Assembly: GCA_004022145.1 (NCBI GenBank) | Contig: RCNU01000012.1 | Reading direction: 5' to 3' (one strand) | DNA length: 64,000 nucleotides | Origin: Paecilomyces variotii | Taxonomy: Eukaryota | In this document: positions 52,038 through 64,000 of the stretch, piece by piece | How the letters are laid out: every line of letters begins with the position of its first letter | Position numbering within the stretch: the first letter of the stretch is position 1 | Notes under the pieces: model-generated | The model's input: the letters and a program-made list of their open reading frames with translations, nothing else | Databases searched by the model: none | What the model was told of the DNA's origin: nothing | Program-made: the position numbers and the translations under genes

Positions 52038-55000
52038 GATTGTTGGAAGAGCCGGGAGAGGACGCAAGTCGTCTGGTTCCTCTCTCCGTTCAGGCGTGAA
52101 AGGGAAGGTAAGGTGTGAAAGCAAAAAGGCTGCACGAGCGAGGCAGATGGGGGGTTAGGGTGGGCGGCGAGAGTCTAGCACGCTCGACTGGCGGATGTAC
52201 GACGGACCCGGCGCGCAGGGATTCTGGTGGTTCGAGCGAAACTGTCTTTGAGGATCATGGACGTCGTCAGCGGCAGAGATAATAGTGGACACTGGGCTGG
52301 GATATGAAGGATTCCTGTCTCGGGGCAGCGCGCGGGATAGCAACGGGAACACGCACAGATGGGATCGAGTCAGGGCGACTCAGCGCGACTGTACGCAATA
52401 GGAAAACGGGAACCCGACTGGTAAACCTTGGGAAAATCTGGATCGCCTGGCGAGAGACGATGCGCGGATAGCAGAAGCGTGAATCGGCGCGGTGCTTTGC
52501 TTAGGCGTCTGGGTTTTTTGTTTTTTTCTAGGGGTCGGATCTTTTAGTCACTGGACTGCCGACTAACTAGCCATACTACTCTTCTCCCCCCAGCACACAC
52601 CTTTTTGATGTCCCAGCACAATGAGCTGATCTCGACGGCACTGGTTCGAGCACCCCTTTTCGCTCGAGGATTCCGTGTGAAGATGCAGTTGAATCAGATC
52701 GAGTCCGGCGCCGAGACGACAACGCGGCTGCCGTAGATGGTGGAACTTAGTTTCACTGGTGCGCAGATGTCGATTGACATGGGAGAAACTAGCTAGCACG
52801 AGGAGGAGCTTTGGGGGAAGGGCGGGGAATGCAGGTCGTGCCCGGGTATGCGAAAGACAGACAGCGTCCTGGATCTGGATTGATGATTTTACGCGTGGGT
52901 TTGCCAAAACTCAAGTTGTCCTTCGGCTAATTCAACTAGCGCTGTATAGTATCAGGCACATGCAACCCATCGACTCGTCCGGGCATGTCCTTCATCACTT
53001 CTTCCTCCAGCAGGGCTGCAAGGGCTTTCCCAGTTACCCTGCAGGCGCACATATATCAATTATATACCGGGGCCTCAAGGCAACCTGTTACGCGGCTGAC
53101 ACGACTTACGGTGGAGGATCGGTTGCTCCATGAAATTCGTTCAGGAGAACACTACGACTCTCGACTCTTGAGACGCTGTCACTACGTATTGCGATTTCGA
53201 CGGCCCTCAGTATACCTGAAACATCATCATCATCGGTGGTCCGTATGAATTCCCCGTGAGGGCCGAGGACCTGCGTGTCCAACCAGTCCCGCGTTTTAAC
53301 TATGGGGTTCTTCGATCCAAAGTTAACAGTGTCGACTTCCTTTTCTGGCTGACTACTATCGTTCAAAAACCCCCATCAGGATATTGTCTGGACTTCGGAG
53401 GATGCAAAAGCCTGCCATATTCGGTCCCTCGTACCCAGACTCGTCCCCCAGTCCTAGAGTCGTACATAGAAGTACATATTACTGCTAAGCGGGGACAGAC
53501 CACATTTGATTCATCGCAGATGACCATTTACACAGTATAAGGATTGTTGGGACATAATTATCACACATTGCACATAGTCGACCGCTCAACTACCGAGGGA
53601 ATTCCTATGCCTTTGAAAGGATATAATATTTCCCGACGTGAACGGCCTTATCGTCTATCAATATTCCTCATCGGTGTGGATCACAAGGTCGAAGCTACGG
53701 TGGAACCGACGATAGGGCAGGTGGATCTGAGCAACTTAGCTGGTACATAATTACTTAGTTTGCACGCCCTCAAGGTAGACTACCCTTTTTTTTGTCAGCT
53801 TGTGCTGAACCGTTGCAACCAGTCCTCTAGCGTCAACTCTCGGATCATCCTCAGCACGATCTGGACTCTGGCCGCTGAGGAACTACTAGAGTAAGTTTCT
53901 TAACTATTATTATTATTATTCTTATCATTGCCCAGATTTGGCTCTGCGCCAATTGATTTCTGGATCCGACCCCAGACGGTTTGATCTGACTTCTGATAGC
54001 AGTCAGTTGCCCGCTTACAGCAGGTACGATCAAGATCGTCTTCTATCCGTTGCTCACTTCTCATTTTGCTTCCCATGGTTCCTGGCAGCATATGCTCAGA
54101 AGCACCCGCTGGGATTAGCCATGTATGCAGGACATGCGTTAAAAGGAGACCGTCTCTTTCAGCACACCCAACCAGCTCGGATTGTGCTCGACGCGGCTGC
54201 AGGTCGGGTCCAACCACGGCATCTGCCTGGATCGGATAACCTTCTTTCTTCCATCACTGGTTAAAGAACCCAATGACTGCTAGAGCCCATGTCCCGACGT
54301 CGGTTTCAATCCACCAGTGGCCATCTCGAGATCAAGTCCCCGGGTCGCATCTAGATCGATTTCTACAGTGAAAGGCGCAGACCGATATGCGGCGAGGAGG
54401 CTTTATGAGAATCCTCCGGGTTGTTCGTGATGGCCAGCGGCATGGTTGATGAGCCAAGAACGCTCTAAGCTCAGCCACCGGACATTGCGGCATCTCTTCC
54501 GCGCCCAAATCACTCACTTAGTGAGATGCCGAAGGGGATGATCAGCCTACCTGCGTGTCACTAAACCACGATGCCGCATGGTGCGCTATGGGCACCGCTG
54601 CTAGTTATCAGATACACACACACTGCCTACTACCATCGAGCGTACGGCGAAGACAACTCAACCACTTCAGTAACCTGTGTGAGCATTCTTCAACTTGCTC
54701 GCAGCGTCCCATACAAGTAAGTAGCCCACCACTGTCTGTCGATACCGGCAATCCTACGATATGTTTGTTTGGTCCCTTCTACGTTCAATTTCAATCGTCT
54801 TCAGGAAGCAAGCACTCCTCATATGCAAAGGGACGGATCGCCTGTACCTGACGCTCCCTTACATCGGACTGTCCCCTGGTTCAGTAACAATTCCTTTCCC
54901 CTGGAATTGAGTCCATTGCTGCCAGCAAATCACGAACGAGAATCTGCTTCGTGACTGCTGATGGGCACTGCAGAGCCTCAAGGCATCAGTCTCTGATTTA

Positions 55001-58000
55001 GTGCTTGTGACGGGCAATATCCTTACATCGTAGCACATATGCAAATGAACATTTACGGCGACTTGATGATGTCGACAGTCTCCGACTACCCAGCACTCAC
55101 GGATGCCCCCTTCCCTCCAAACCACTCGAACTTGCCGTTACCAGCCATTTGGGTCTAATCAAGCCAGCATATTTGAGGTTTCTTGCCAAAGCTGGCCATA
55201 GACTAGGCCGAATTCCCACGAACGATGCATCCAAATCAATAAGCCCTTCTTAGTGCGTGTTTATTGATGGTTTAGCGGCCGCAATCTTATGCATACAGAA
55301 TAATACTTCATCAGGAAATTTCTTGCTAGCCCTTGTGGCCCCTGTGACTCGAAGAGGTTGGCGCGTTGCTTTCGGGAATCTCCACTGTATATGGGAAGGA
55401 GCTACTACTATCTAAAAGCCCAGGTGGCCTGCAGCCGTATGAAGCAGTGAAATATGGCCTTGGTCCTGACCTCTTTCTGCAGCAAGACTCGAAAATACAT
55501 TACTGGTCACCCCCACTGGCAGCATTTCTGTTTTGCAACGCCACCTATATCGTGGACAATACATACAGTTCAAATTTTTACATGGCCGCTTACCTTTTGA
55601 TCGATATATGGCTCGGAGCAGGGACCTCCATGTGAGCGCCGAGTGTTTTCCCGGTTTCAAACAGCGAGGTGACTACAGATGGCCGTTGCAACCTACGACC
55701 GCTTTTCTATTCATCATCTTGGGCATCACTGACAGACGCTTGCATAAGGCGACCTCTAAGAGCAAGAGATTGGTTTATTTCTGCTAAACCTGTGTTTTAG
55801 TGGCTGTACAGATGGAGTCAGACATCAGTTACGCTATTCCCCGTCGGTCGACCAGAATTCGGAGGTCTAGATCTGCGGGTTCACTGTGCGATATGGACAA
55901 GACGACCCTGCGCCTCCTTACAAGAACCCAAACAGATCATGCGACTTCGGAGATCCACCAGCTTCACGATTTGTATCGCAACGTGCTTACGAACTTGCCG
56001 CAGTTGCCATGCGCCTCCTTAGGTAGCCTTGAAGGGACCGGTTGCTATTGCCGAATCAACAAGAAAAGGATCGTTGAAAATCTTCGACATATTCAATGTG
56101 ACGCTCTTGTCCCGATAGCGAATATCACCGTATTTTACTCTACCGTACCATATTCGAGACGAACGGGTACCTGGTCGTCGGCAACGATAGGGCAACCAGG
56201 CTCGGCTGCGAGTAGGATTGAAGACAAAGCTCGTTTGACGGGTCCTCTCTTAGACCATCATGTCGCCTCCAGCAGGCTCTGCTGCTTCCTGGCAACTGGA
56301 ATGCAGACCATCATACTAGCAGGTCACCCTTACTCGTGCTACACACCTCAGCTCGTCGAGCAGCAGCGCCGATTGGCATCAGCTCCCTGCTCCCTTGTGC
56401 ATATAGTGTTATATTGTTCTCAGGATGGCGCGGTGATTGGAGAACCGAAGTTTGGTCACAAATCGGCTATCTTTCTACCCACTCCAATCGGAGGCCCATG
56501 CGGCAGTTTGTACAGTAGGTCTTCGGCTAAAGCAGGCTTTCGAGGGATTGAGCCTTTTCCTGGGTCCGTCCCTCCGAATAGATCGAGGCATGGCAAGTTC
56601 GGTGTGCACTGGTGGCCAGTCACTGCGTGACAGTGGCTTGTTCCATCTTAATCCCAGGCATCCAGGGGCTGATCCTTCCATGTGCAGGACTCCCTGATGC
56701 ACTTTAATACTTGAGGATCGTGGACTGCCTCTATTGGACGCTTACCTCGTAAAATCGTGGATTCCAATGCCTGCTCTGACTCAGCCGTCTTCATTTGTCT
56801 TACTGTTTGCCTTCCGCACCGAGTGTCCCTCGCATACATTCTCACACCGCTGATCTTGAAGGACTGCAGTGTCCCTGCCATGCGAGCTGCCCATCCCGCC
56901 AGCGGCCGTGGCCTTATGCTTTTCGAGGCATCCTTTTTTGTACAGAGACCAGTTCGGATCACTTCTTTCGCAGGAATCCTTCTCCGAATTTATTCTCTCT
57001 GACGGAGGTTTGAATCCACCAAGAGACAAGGCACTGAACATTACACAGGCACAATCGATATGGTATCACTAACTACTGATTCGCCAATCTGGGGTTGTCT
57101 GCAGAGTCATAGACCGCTCGAGAAGCATCAACCGCCGTGTTGTGAATCCTTAACCATTAACCCTCCTATACAATGCGATCTCTACACAATAAAAGCAACG
57201 CTGGCGGGCAAGGCTATATTTGATACGCGATATTTGGGCTTTGTCTGGCGAGGGGTTAGCGAAACCGGCATCAGATAACGACGCTATTCTGTGATGGAGA
57301 TACCCGACAGAGATCATTCAAACTAGGGAGCTGCATGTTAGAGTCCTTTTTGACCTGTAGGTCTCTTGGGTGAATTAGCTGCCGCATTGCTCGGGGGAGC
57401 GACCTGTCTATGCTTCATTTCAACGCCAGTAAGTTCATCGGGCGATGTTTCCCTAGATGTCCCAGCATAGGCCATCTCCGCCATAGAGAGGATAAGACTT
57501 GGACAAGCTGTGATGAAATGGTACACTTCTTTCACCATGATTCTTAGTGATTCATGGTAATTCGACCAGTATTCCTGGAGGATGTCCTACGTTGAATCAT
57601 CGTCATGCTCAGCGTCAGCGTACACGTACAACTGTATATATGTCGTTATTATATACATCAATCTAGACACGACATGGTTATATGACAGGCGTTTTGGGCA
57701 CTTGGTAAACAAACAAATCCTTCTAGATTCTATAATTGACATACAAATCTCAAAATTCTCACGAATCCAAAATACTCTAATCCATATACCATAGTCATTG
57801 CTGGTGTAAGAGTCAGACGCGGTGTTTTACCATATAGAGTAGAGTAGGTTGGTTCGTTATGGGCCCACCGCCCGCCGACTTCTCCGAAGCTCGAACACCT
57901 CCAACTCCGCAGACAGCGAATCTGACTCCATTGATTATTGTTCACACCGCGCATCTCTAGAAGGAGATCCATAGAAGGACAGCTTCTTCGTTAATGCTAT

Positions 58001-58085
58001 AATACAATAGCGGTACATCAGACACTTCTACCAGACTAGCAATTCGATCCAAGCTCGATCTCAGATTGATCAGATCGAAATCATC

Positions 58086-59148
58086 ATGGCTCAGCCATTT
58101 TCGCACGCCAGACGCCCTATCGCGGCAGCAGTCACAGCTTCATGGTCTAATGCACCATTGACCTGCTCATCCTCATCTGCCCGCCCACTCTTTCTGCGAA
58201 GCCAGCAGCTCATTTCTCGCCAATTCCACCAGCAGAACGTACGATCGCAACGACGCTTCCAGTCCCTCACTAGATGCACGGCACCTTCTATCAGATCCTC
58301 TGTTACTCGACACTATCACTCTCAATTCCACCCAGCCCTTCCTACGCATGAGTATACCAATTCCCAAGCGACCATTCTCTCCGCCGCTCTCGAACACGTT
58401 CCACAGCACGGTTTCACACTCGATGCACTAAGGCTCGGAGCGCGCGATGCAGGGTTCCTGGATGTCTCGATCCAGCTTCTTCCGCGCGGCGAGATGGACC
58501 TGGTCATGTTCTGGTTGGCGAGTCGAAGGGGTCTGTTGAGAGCCAAGGTCGAGACTGGATTGTTTGAGAAGAGCAATGTTGCAGAAGGACAGAAGAAGGT
58601 GCTCTCCGTTGAGGAAAAGGTGAAGATTCTGGTTATGGAACGGTTGAGGATGAATGAGTCGATTATACATAAGTGGCAGGATGTGAGTCTTCCCCCTCCC
58701 TCATTTTTTATATATATATATATACCGAGTCGGTTCAGATCCATCCAACTTGGTGATATTCATGATTTATATATATTTATATACGATGTCTAACACGGTG
58801 CGATCTTACCTACAGGCTCTCGCCCTCATGTCATACCCGTCAAATATCCCCATTTCTCTCTCCGAACTACATGCCCTCTCCTCTGATATCCTCAACCTGG
58901 CCGGCGACAAGTCCGTCGACGCCTCGTGGTACACGAAGCGTCTTTCTCTATCTGCCATTTACGCCAGCTCGGAAGTTGTCATGACCCAAGATACCAGCTC
59001 GGGATTCCGCTCTACAGAAGCATTCGTCAACCGTCGTGTTGAAGATAACCAATATATCGGCCAGAAGGTCTGTGATATTACGCAGTATCTGGGCTTCATG
59101 GCTAGTACGGCTGTGGGGCTAGGTAGGAGCTGGGGAATGAAGATTTAA
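58086..59148 (+). CDS. coq9: ubiquinone biosynthesis protein Coq9, mitochondrial, 2 exons
   Basis: Arg/Ser-rich presequence, ILSAALEHVPQHGF and ELHALSSDILNLAGDKSVDASWYTKRLSLSAIY...MTQDTS motifs. Intron 58683-58815. Confidence 0.92.
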
Positions 59149-59550
59149 GCCCTTGAGACAGGAAGATTCAAGGGTGATGGGATGTGTCAACTAGTTGGTT
59201 GCAGAGTGGTAAATGTATAACCAGAGATGCTGGGAGATAGCGGACGTACTCTCTGCATGTGGAAGATTTTACCGTGTAGGAGGGGAAGGCTGATCTTATA
59301 CATTCCAAACTCTTCAGTTCTAACTATGTACAGTACTATACTTTTCGTGTTTGTTTCATTCCATGTATTCCTTCTGCAGTGAAGCGGTGAGATCTCTATA
59401 AAATGTACAAGGGGTATAGTAGTATATACATAGGTCATACAAGATCATCCATGTAATAAGATCGGTGAAGAGGCATATGGACATCCGACGAGTATCGAGC
59501 TATGAGGAAGCTCCGGATTAGATTAGATCAGTCAGCCTTATTGACTGATA

Positions 59551-61197
59551 CTAATCCACCGGGAGTTTCCGAACGGGGGCCGTGAAATCCGTATGGGGAG
59601 GTGTTGTGTTCTCCTCATTCTCCATTCTCTGTCGCTCGTTTACCTCAAACAGGCGCGACTTTAGATGCTGGAGCCATCCAGGCTTATTCTTCTTTCCTGC
59701 AAGCTGTCTCAGGGCTCTCTGATTAGGTTCTGTCTCAAACCACTCTTCTTTCCGGACAGCATCATCGCCGAACTCCCGCATCCGTCTACGATGGGCTTGC
59801 TTCTCGTCGGCGCGGGTGCGGATAATCTTCTTGACAAGAGAGTAGGTCCAAAGATTTGGCTCGACACCCGTGCTGTCCATCTCCTTGAGGAGTGAGACTA
59901 CCGTTGGAAGGTCGTCATAGACTCGCCAGTAGTATTCCATCAGCTCGTTGTAGAGTCTTGTCGATGCACCAAGGACAACTGAGGTTCTGCCGTAGGATTT
60001 AACTGTAGGTAGAAACTGTCCTATCAGAGGCGAATCGGGGAAGTGAGTCTTGAGGAGACTCAATGCGGTGAAAAGCATGCTTGGGTACAGAGCGGATACG
60101 ACGGGGTAAACAGGAACAAAAGGAGGAATCTCCAATGGCCCGGCATGTTGCTTTGTTTCTGCCTTGTCCGATGACAAGCTCTGAGATGGTTCAGGAGGAC
60201 CGAGTATGGTGATGTCGTCAGGCTGGTTGTGCTGAGCATCACTCGCATTCTTCTCCGTCCCATCGTATATATCCAGATGTCGTAACATGCCAAATACCCG
60301 CTCCTCGCAGACTTCCCATAGCTCAAGATCGCCCTTCCCCTGATCAATTGCAGTACGAAGCGCGGCCTCGATCTTTTCAGATTCGATCCCCACAACCAGC
60401 TCCACGACTCTGTCGATTGTGATTGTTCGCGCTCGGTCAGAGAGATCCACATCACTGTATTTGAACCGTCGGATCCGTTCAAACATCGTTGAAATACGCT
60501 GCAGTTCCACGTCTATATTCGGAATGTGTCGCTCGAGCATTGGATGGGCTTTGCGTTCTTCGAACTCTGAGCCTGTTTGCTCTTGCTCACCAGGGGCACC
60601 CTCACTTCGTGCTTTGGCATCATTAACCGCTTCTTCGAAGATCTGAGTCACCTCAGATAGCTCCTGCTTCTCAGAAGCACTCAAATGTTTCGGCTTATCC
60701 TCCGCGTTTTTCATTTTCCGCGGTTCCTTCACAGGCAGTGTCTCTTCCTTCTCCTTTTCTTCTGGCTGAGATGGAAGCCCAGTGCCAAATTGTCCATAGA
60801 GTCTATCGAGGATATCTTTCTCCGCGCGTGTCATTGTAGAACGGTTCTTGCGACCCCGCGTTGGCGGGGCTGTGCTCTTGCTCCGTGTTGCGGCGATTGC
60901 TCGCTTCTTCAAATAATTCTGCGGCTTGGAGGGGGCCTCTTCGAACTTCGATGATATGGCGGGCTGCTCCGGAGAAGGGCTTTCTGCTGTTTGTGACCCA
61001 TTATCTGATGGCTTGTCGGAAGGTGCGTTGTCCGTAGAGTAAGGACGACATCGTTGGGGTCGAATCAGTTTCCGATATAGGTGAGATTGCGAGGCCGTGA
61101 GTGTACGAGTCTGGTATAAAAACGGGAGGAGAGGATTTTCAGCCTTAAAGAGTGTAAGACTGCGACCTATGTTCGCAGCCATTAGACGTTGGGGCAT
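59551..61197 (-). CDS. mtf2: Mtf2-like mitochondrial RNA-metabolism protein
   Basis: Single long exon. Presequence-like LLPFLYQTRTL and a C-terminal block (GDLELWEVCEERVF...YPSML...HFPDSPL...SYGRTSVVLGASTRLYNELM...LLKEMDSTGVEPN) resembling fungal Mtf2 family proteins. Start at 61197 or 61182. Confidence 0.7.
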   Translation of the reverse strand: MPQRLMAANIGRSLTLFKAENPLLPFLYQTRTLTASQSHLYRKLIRPQRCRPYSTDNAPSDKPSDNGSQTAESPSPEQPAISSKFEEAPSKPQNYLKKRAIAATRSKSTAPPTRGRKNRSTMTRAEKDILDRLYGQFGTGLPSQPEEKEKEETLPVKEPRKMKNAEDKPKHLSASEKQELSEVTQIFEEAVNDAKARSEGAPGEQEQTGSEFEERKAHPMLERHIPNIDVELQRISTMFERIRRFKYSDVDLSDRARTITIDRVVELVVGIESEKIEAALRTAIDQGKGDLELWEVCEERVFGMLRHLDIYDGTEKNASDAQHNQPDDITILGPPEPSQSLSSDKAETKQHAGPLEIPPFVPVYPVVSALYPSMLFTALSLLKTHFPDSPLIGQFLPTVKSYGRTSVVLGASTRLYNELMEYYWRVYDDLPTVVSLLKEMDSTGVEPNLWTYSLVKKIIRTRADEKQAHRRRMREFGDDAVRKEEWFETEPNQRALRQLAGKKNKPGWLQHLKSRLFEVNERQRMENEENTTPPHTDFTAPVRKLPVD

Positions 61198-61466
61198 CGC
61201 ACTCCAAGTGCTTTCGGAGATAAAAGGTTTCGTCGGAGGTTTGGCCTCAGCGGGAATGTTCGAGCTGCTATTTTCGCAGCATATCAGTCCAGGGAGATGG
61301 AGAAGAATAACTCGTGCGATAATAGGTAGAAATGGATAAATAAATAAATAACTGACGAAGAGATAGAGCAACGGGAAAAGTTGGCGGTATTGAAAGATAG
61401 CAAAGACGTTGCAACAAAGAATTGCAGCTCTAGAATAGCTGCATTTCGGAAGCCGTAGTATTGAGT

Positions 61467-61505
61467 ATCACGTGACGGCGCGCGACCTGCTCCCACTTTA
61501 CGCGT
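61467..61505. promoter_or_regulatory. E-box (ATCACGTGAC) plus MCB element (ACGCGT) and CGCG-rich tract in the mtf2-cmr1 divergent promoter
   Basis: ATCACGTGAC at 61467-61476, GGCGCGCG immediately after, and ACGCGT at 61500-61505, ~100 bp upstream of the cmr1 ATG. Confidence 0.4.
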
Positions 61506-61604
61506 CTCTCTCATCGCTGCGACAGCGACGTCAGGATCTAGACGCAGACAGACCTCCCAATTGCTGAGTGGAAGAGCCATTCAAGCCAGCGGGCCCATTA
61601 AAAC

Positions 61605-63371
61605 ATGCCTCCGAAGAAGAATGAACCCGCGAACGAGCTGTCAGAGTTTGAGCGGCAGCGTCTGGCTAATATCGCGGAGCGCGATGCGCTGTTGAAGAAG
61701 CTGACCCTCGACGCACAGGCTTCTGGCCTCTTTTCAAAACCGTCGCCAAAGAGCTCGTCTGGAGATGGCAAGTCGAAAAAGAAGCCCCCCGCGAAGAGAG
61801 TCAAAAAGGAGGAGGAATCCCCGGTGCCACGTCGCATGTCCTCCAGACTAAGAGGGCTCACGGCAGATAGCGAGGTCGCGAAACGAAAAGCAGACGAACA
61901 GTATGAGGCGGCACAGGAAGCGGAGCGCGCAAAGAGGTTGCGCAAGTCGGACTCATATAGTCTCAACGATATGTTTGTCTCAGGCCAGAAGCTTAGTGGG
62001 GACAGTCTCATCGGGGTTGATGTTATTACCAAGGGTGTTGCGAAGCCTTATGAACGGACGTTCGGCGAAGATGATATCAAGGAGACGACGGACAAGGATC
62101 TGAAAGCATTGAGAGAGCAAATGAGTGGCCTGCGACTCTGGGGGGCCTGGGAACCCAACAGTAAGCTTCTCCCATTCGATTTACCTTCTTGGAGTAGTAA
62201 TGATACTAACAAACGATGTATAGGAATCAAGCTCACACCCGAAAGAATTTACACTATGGCCTTCCATCCGACCGAAACGAAGCCATTGATATTTGCTGGA
62301 GACAAAATGGGTCATATCGGAATTCTGGACGCTTCGCAGGAATATCCCGTCTCCGCAGTCAAGCATGAAGACGACGACGAGGAGGAGGATGACCCAGACC
62401 CAGTTATGACCACCCTCAAGCCGCACACCCGCACCATAAGTGGGATGCATATACACCCACTGAAACCTACGCACCTCTATACCGCGAGCTACGACAGTTC
62501 CATTCGAGAACTCGATCTCCAGACGGCCAGTTCCTCCGAGAAGTATGCTCCTGAATCCACTTCCACGGACGAGGCACTTTCTGGTGTGGACATGGCTGCA
62601 GAAGATCCAAATTGCCTGTACTGGACAACTCTAGACGGCGCTTTTGGACGGCGCGACCTTCGCGCAAAGGACAACACGGTGGAGCGTTGGCAGCTCTCCG
62701 AGAAGAAGATCGGAGGATTTTCTCTTTACCCGTCTCAGTCTCACTACTTTGCTACCGCAAGCTTGGATAGGTTCATGCGACTCTGGGATATGCGGAAGTT
62801 GTCACACGATAATCCTGTGCCCGTAGGCGAGCACGAGAGCAGATTGTCGGTATCCCATGCGGCCTTCAACAGCGCCGGCCAAATAGCGACATCATCCTAT
62901 GACGATACCATTAAAATCTACGATTTCGCCGCCAAGGGAATATCCTCCTGGCAACCGGGCCATAAGGTCTCAGATGAGGATATGAAACCCGACACCATTG
63001 TTAGGCATAACTGCCAGACAGGTCGTTGGGTTACCATGTACGTATTTTCGTCCCCTTATTTCACCCTCCGTTGTTCCCAGCACTTCCTCCTGCTATACCA
63101 TATTTTTAATAATAACCACGAATTCCAACCCGTAACTGACACAACTAACAGTCTCCGTCCCCAATGGCAACTAAACCCGCAATCCCACATTCAGCGATTC
63201 TGCATTGGAAATATGAACCGCTTTGTCGATGTCTACAGCGCCTCTGGAGACCAGCTCGCCCAGCTAGATGGCGAAGGCATCACTGCTGTGCCTGCCGTAG
63301 CTGTCTTCCACCGAAGTATGGACTGGGTTGTCGGTGGTACGGCGAGCGGTAAGATCTGTTTGTGGATGTAA
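61605..63371 (+). CDS. cmr1: DNA damage-binding WD40 protein Cmr1 (WDR76), 3 exons
   Basis: N-terminal [24 protein letters not shown] repeats ([44 protein letters not shown]), [16 protein letters not shown] and [12 protein letters not shown] end. Introns 62161-62223 and 63038-63151. Confidence 0.93.
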   Translation: MPPKKNEPANELSEFERQRLANIAERDALLKKLTLDAQASGLFSKPSPKSSSGDGKSKKKPPAKRVKKEEESPVPRRMSSRLRGLTADSEVAKRKADEQYEAAQEAERAKRLRKSDSYSLNDMFVSGQKLSGDSLIGVDVITKGVAKPYERTFGEDDIKETTDKDLKALREQMSGLRLWGAWEPNSKLLPFDLPSWSSNDTNKRCIGIKLTPERIYTMAFHPTETKPLIFAGDKMGHIGILDASQEYPVSAVKHEDDDEEEDDPDPVMTTLKPHTRTISGMHIHPLKPTHLYTASYDSSIRELDLQTASSSEKYAPESTSTDEALSGVDMAAEDPNCLYWTTLDGAFGRRDLRAKDNTVERWQLSEKKIGGFSLYPSQSHYFATASLDRFMRLWDMRKLSHDNPVPVGEHESRLSVSHAAFNSAGQIATSSYDDTIKIYDFAAKGISSWQPGHKVSDEDMKPDTIVRHNCQTGRWVTMYVFSSPYFTLRCSQHFLLLYHIFNNNHEFQPVTDTTNSLRPQWQLNPQSHIQRFCIGNMNRFVDVYSASGDQLAQLDGEGITAVPAVAVFHRSMDWVVGGTASGKICLWM

Positions 63372-64000
63372 ATGTGTGTGGATTGATGGTACGAGAAGTG
63401 ACATTAAAAAGCGTCCACGATTCTGCGGAGGACTATTGTACTGTATCTTTGTTGTGTGATATTTTGTAAGAGTTTGGGATTCACTGGGAATCGGCGTCTG
63501 TATTGCATGCAATAAGGTCATCCTGTGTTAGACTCATTGTATTTTCTGGCTTGGCCATCATTTTGTGGCGAGTTCGTTGGAGGATCAAAAGTGACTATTA
63601 CTCACCATAACAGTAGCGAAGTAGTAGTAGTAGTAACCAATGCAAAATGTACAATATCAACTACATGTTTTCTCAAGCACCCATTAGACCAGTCTGTGTT
63701 TCTAATTCGGAATTCTAGAATATGATAAGTTCTGAGTGTCAAATGAGGCGGTAGGGTATCATTCAAGATCGACCAGATCATATATCGAAGGATTATTCCC
63801 AAATATGCTCGTTTAAATCGCCGCGCGATCCCAAAATGTATCCCAGAAGAACAAAAAATGGCCAATTCCATATGTGCAATATGCGCAGAAAATATTCATG
63901 GTATCATGCGTAAATGACAGTCATACTGTGAGTGCGAATCTCATCTCACTGCTCGTCATCGCTGTCCAAAACAACATATCTGCTCGTCCTTCGTCTCTTC

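Noticed and set aside
52528-52567. Possible 40-nt minus-strand intron after ATGGCTA as an alternative first exon of the snxA-like gene
   Set aside because: The intron would be at or below the usual minimum length, and a better-context start exists at 52037.
61198-61371. In-frame upstream extension of the mtf2-like ORF from a TTG
   Set aside because: Low-complexity promoter/UTR-like sequence. The ATGs at 61197/61182 are followed directly by a presequence-like segment.

Overview
Eukaryotic, intron-rich fungal DNA. The gene set, the short GT-AG introns with CTRAY branch sites and the protein sequences point to a Eurotiales mould (Aspergillus/Paecilomyces/Talaromyces-like). It is a conserved housekeeping block of 17 protein genes plus one intron-containing tRNA-Lys(CUU). 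In order: a C2H2/fungal-TF-domain transcription factor, a WSC cell-wall sensor, phosphatidylserine synthase, GAR1, threonyl-tRNA synthetase, MAPK MpkA/Slt2, a conserved hypothetical protein, BSD2, a small CBP6/UQCC2-like gene missing from the ORF track, SCOT, tRNA-Lys, UBP2, a complex I NDUFA11-like subunit, an SLM1-like PH protein, a GBP2/HRB1(snxA)-like RRM protein, COQ9, an MTF2-like protein and CMR1/WDR76. I saw no transposase, CRISPR array, rRNA or secondary-metabolite cluster. The most interesting signals concern RNA processing. A tandem 3' splice site in the transcription factor could switch reading frame between a full-length and a zinc-finger-only isoform through a dual-coding stretch. 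The RRM gene has an 11-exon versus 9-exon dual-start architecture. There are also 8-12 nt micro-exons and a GC-AG intron. Gene names come from motif recognition by eye, not database searches, and exon boundaries are inferred from splice consensus and frame continuity.
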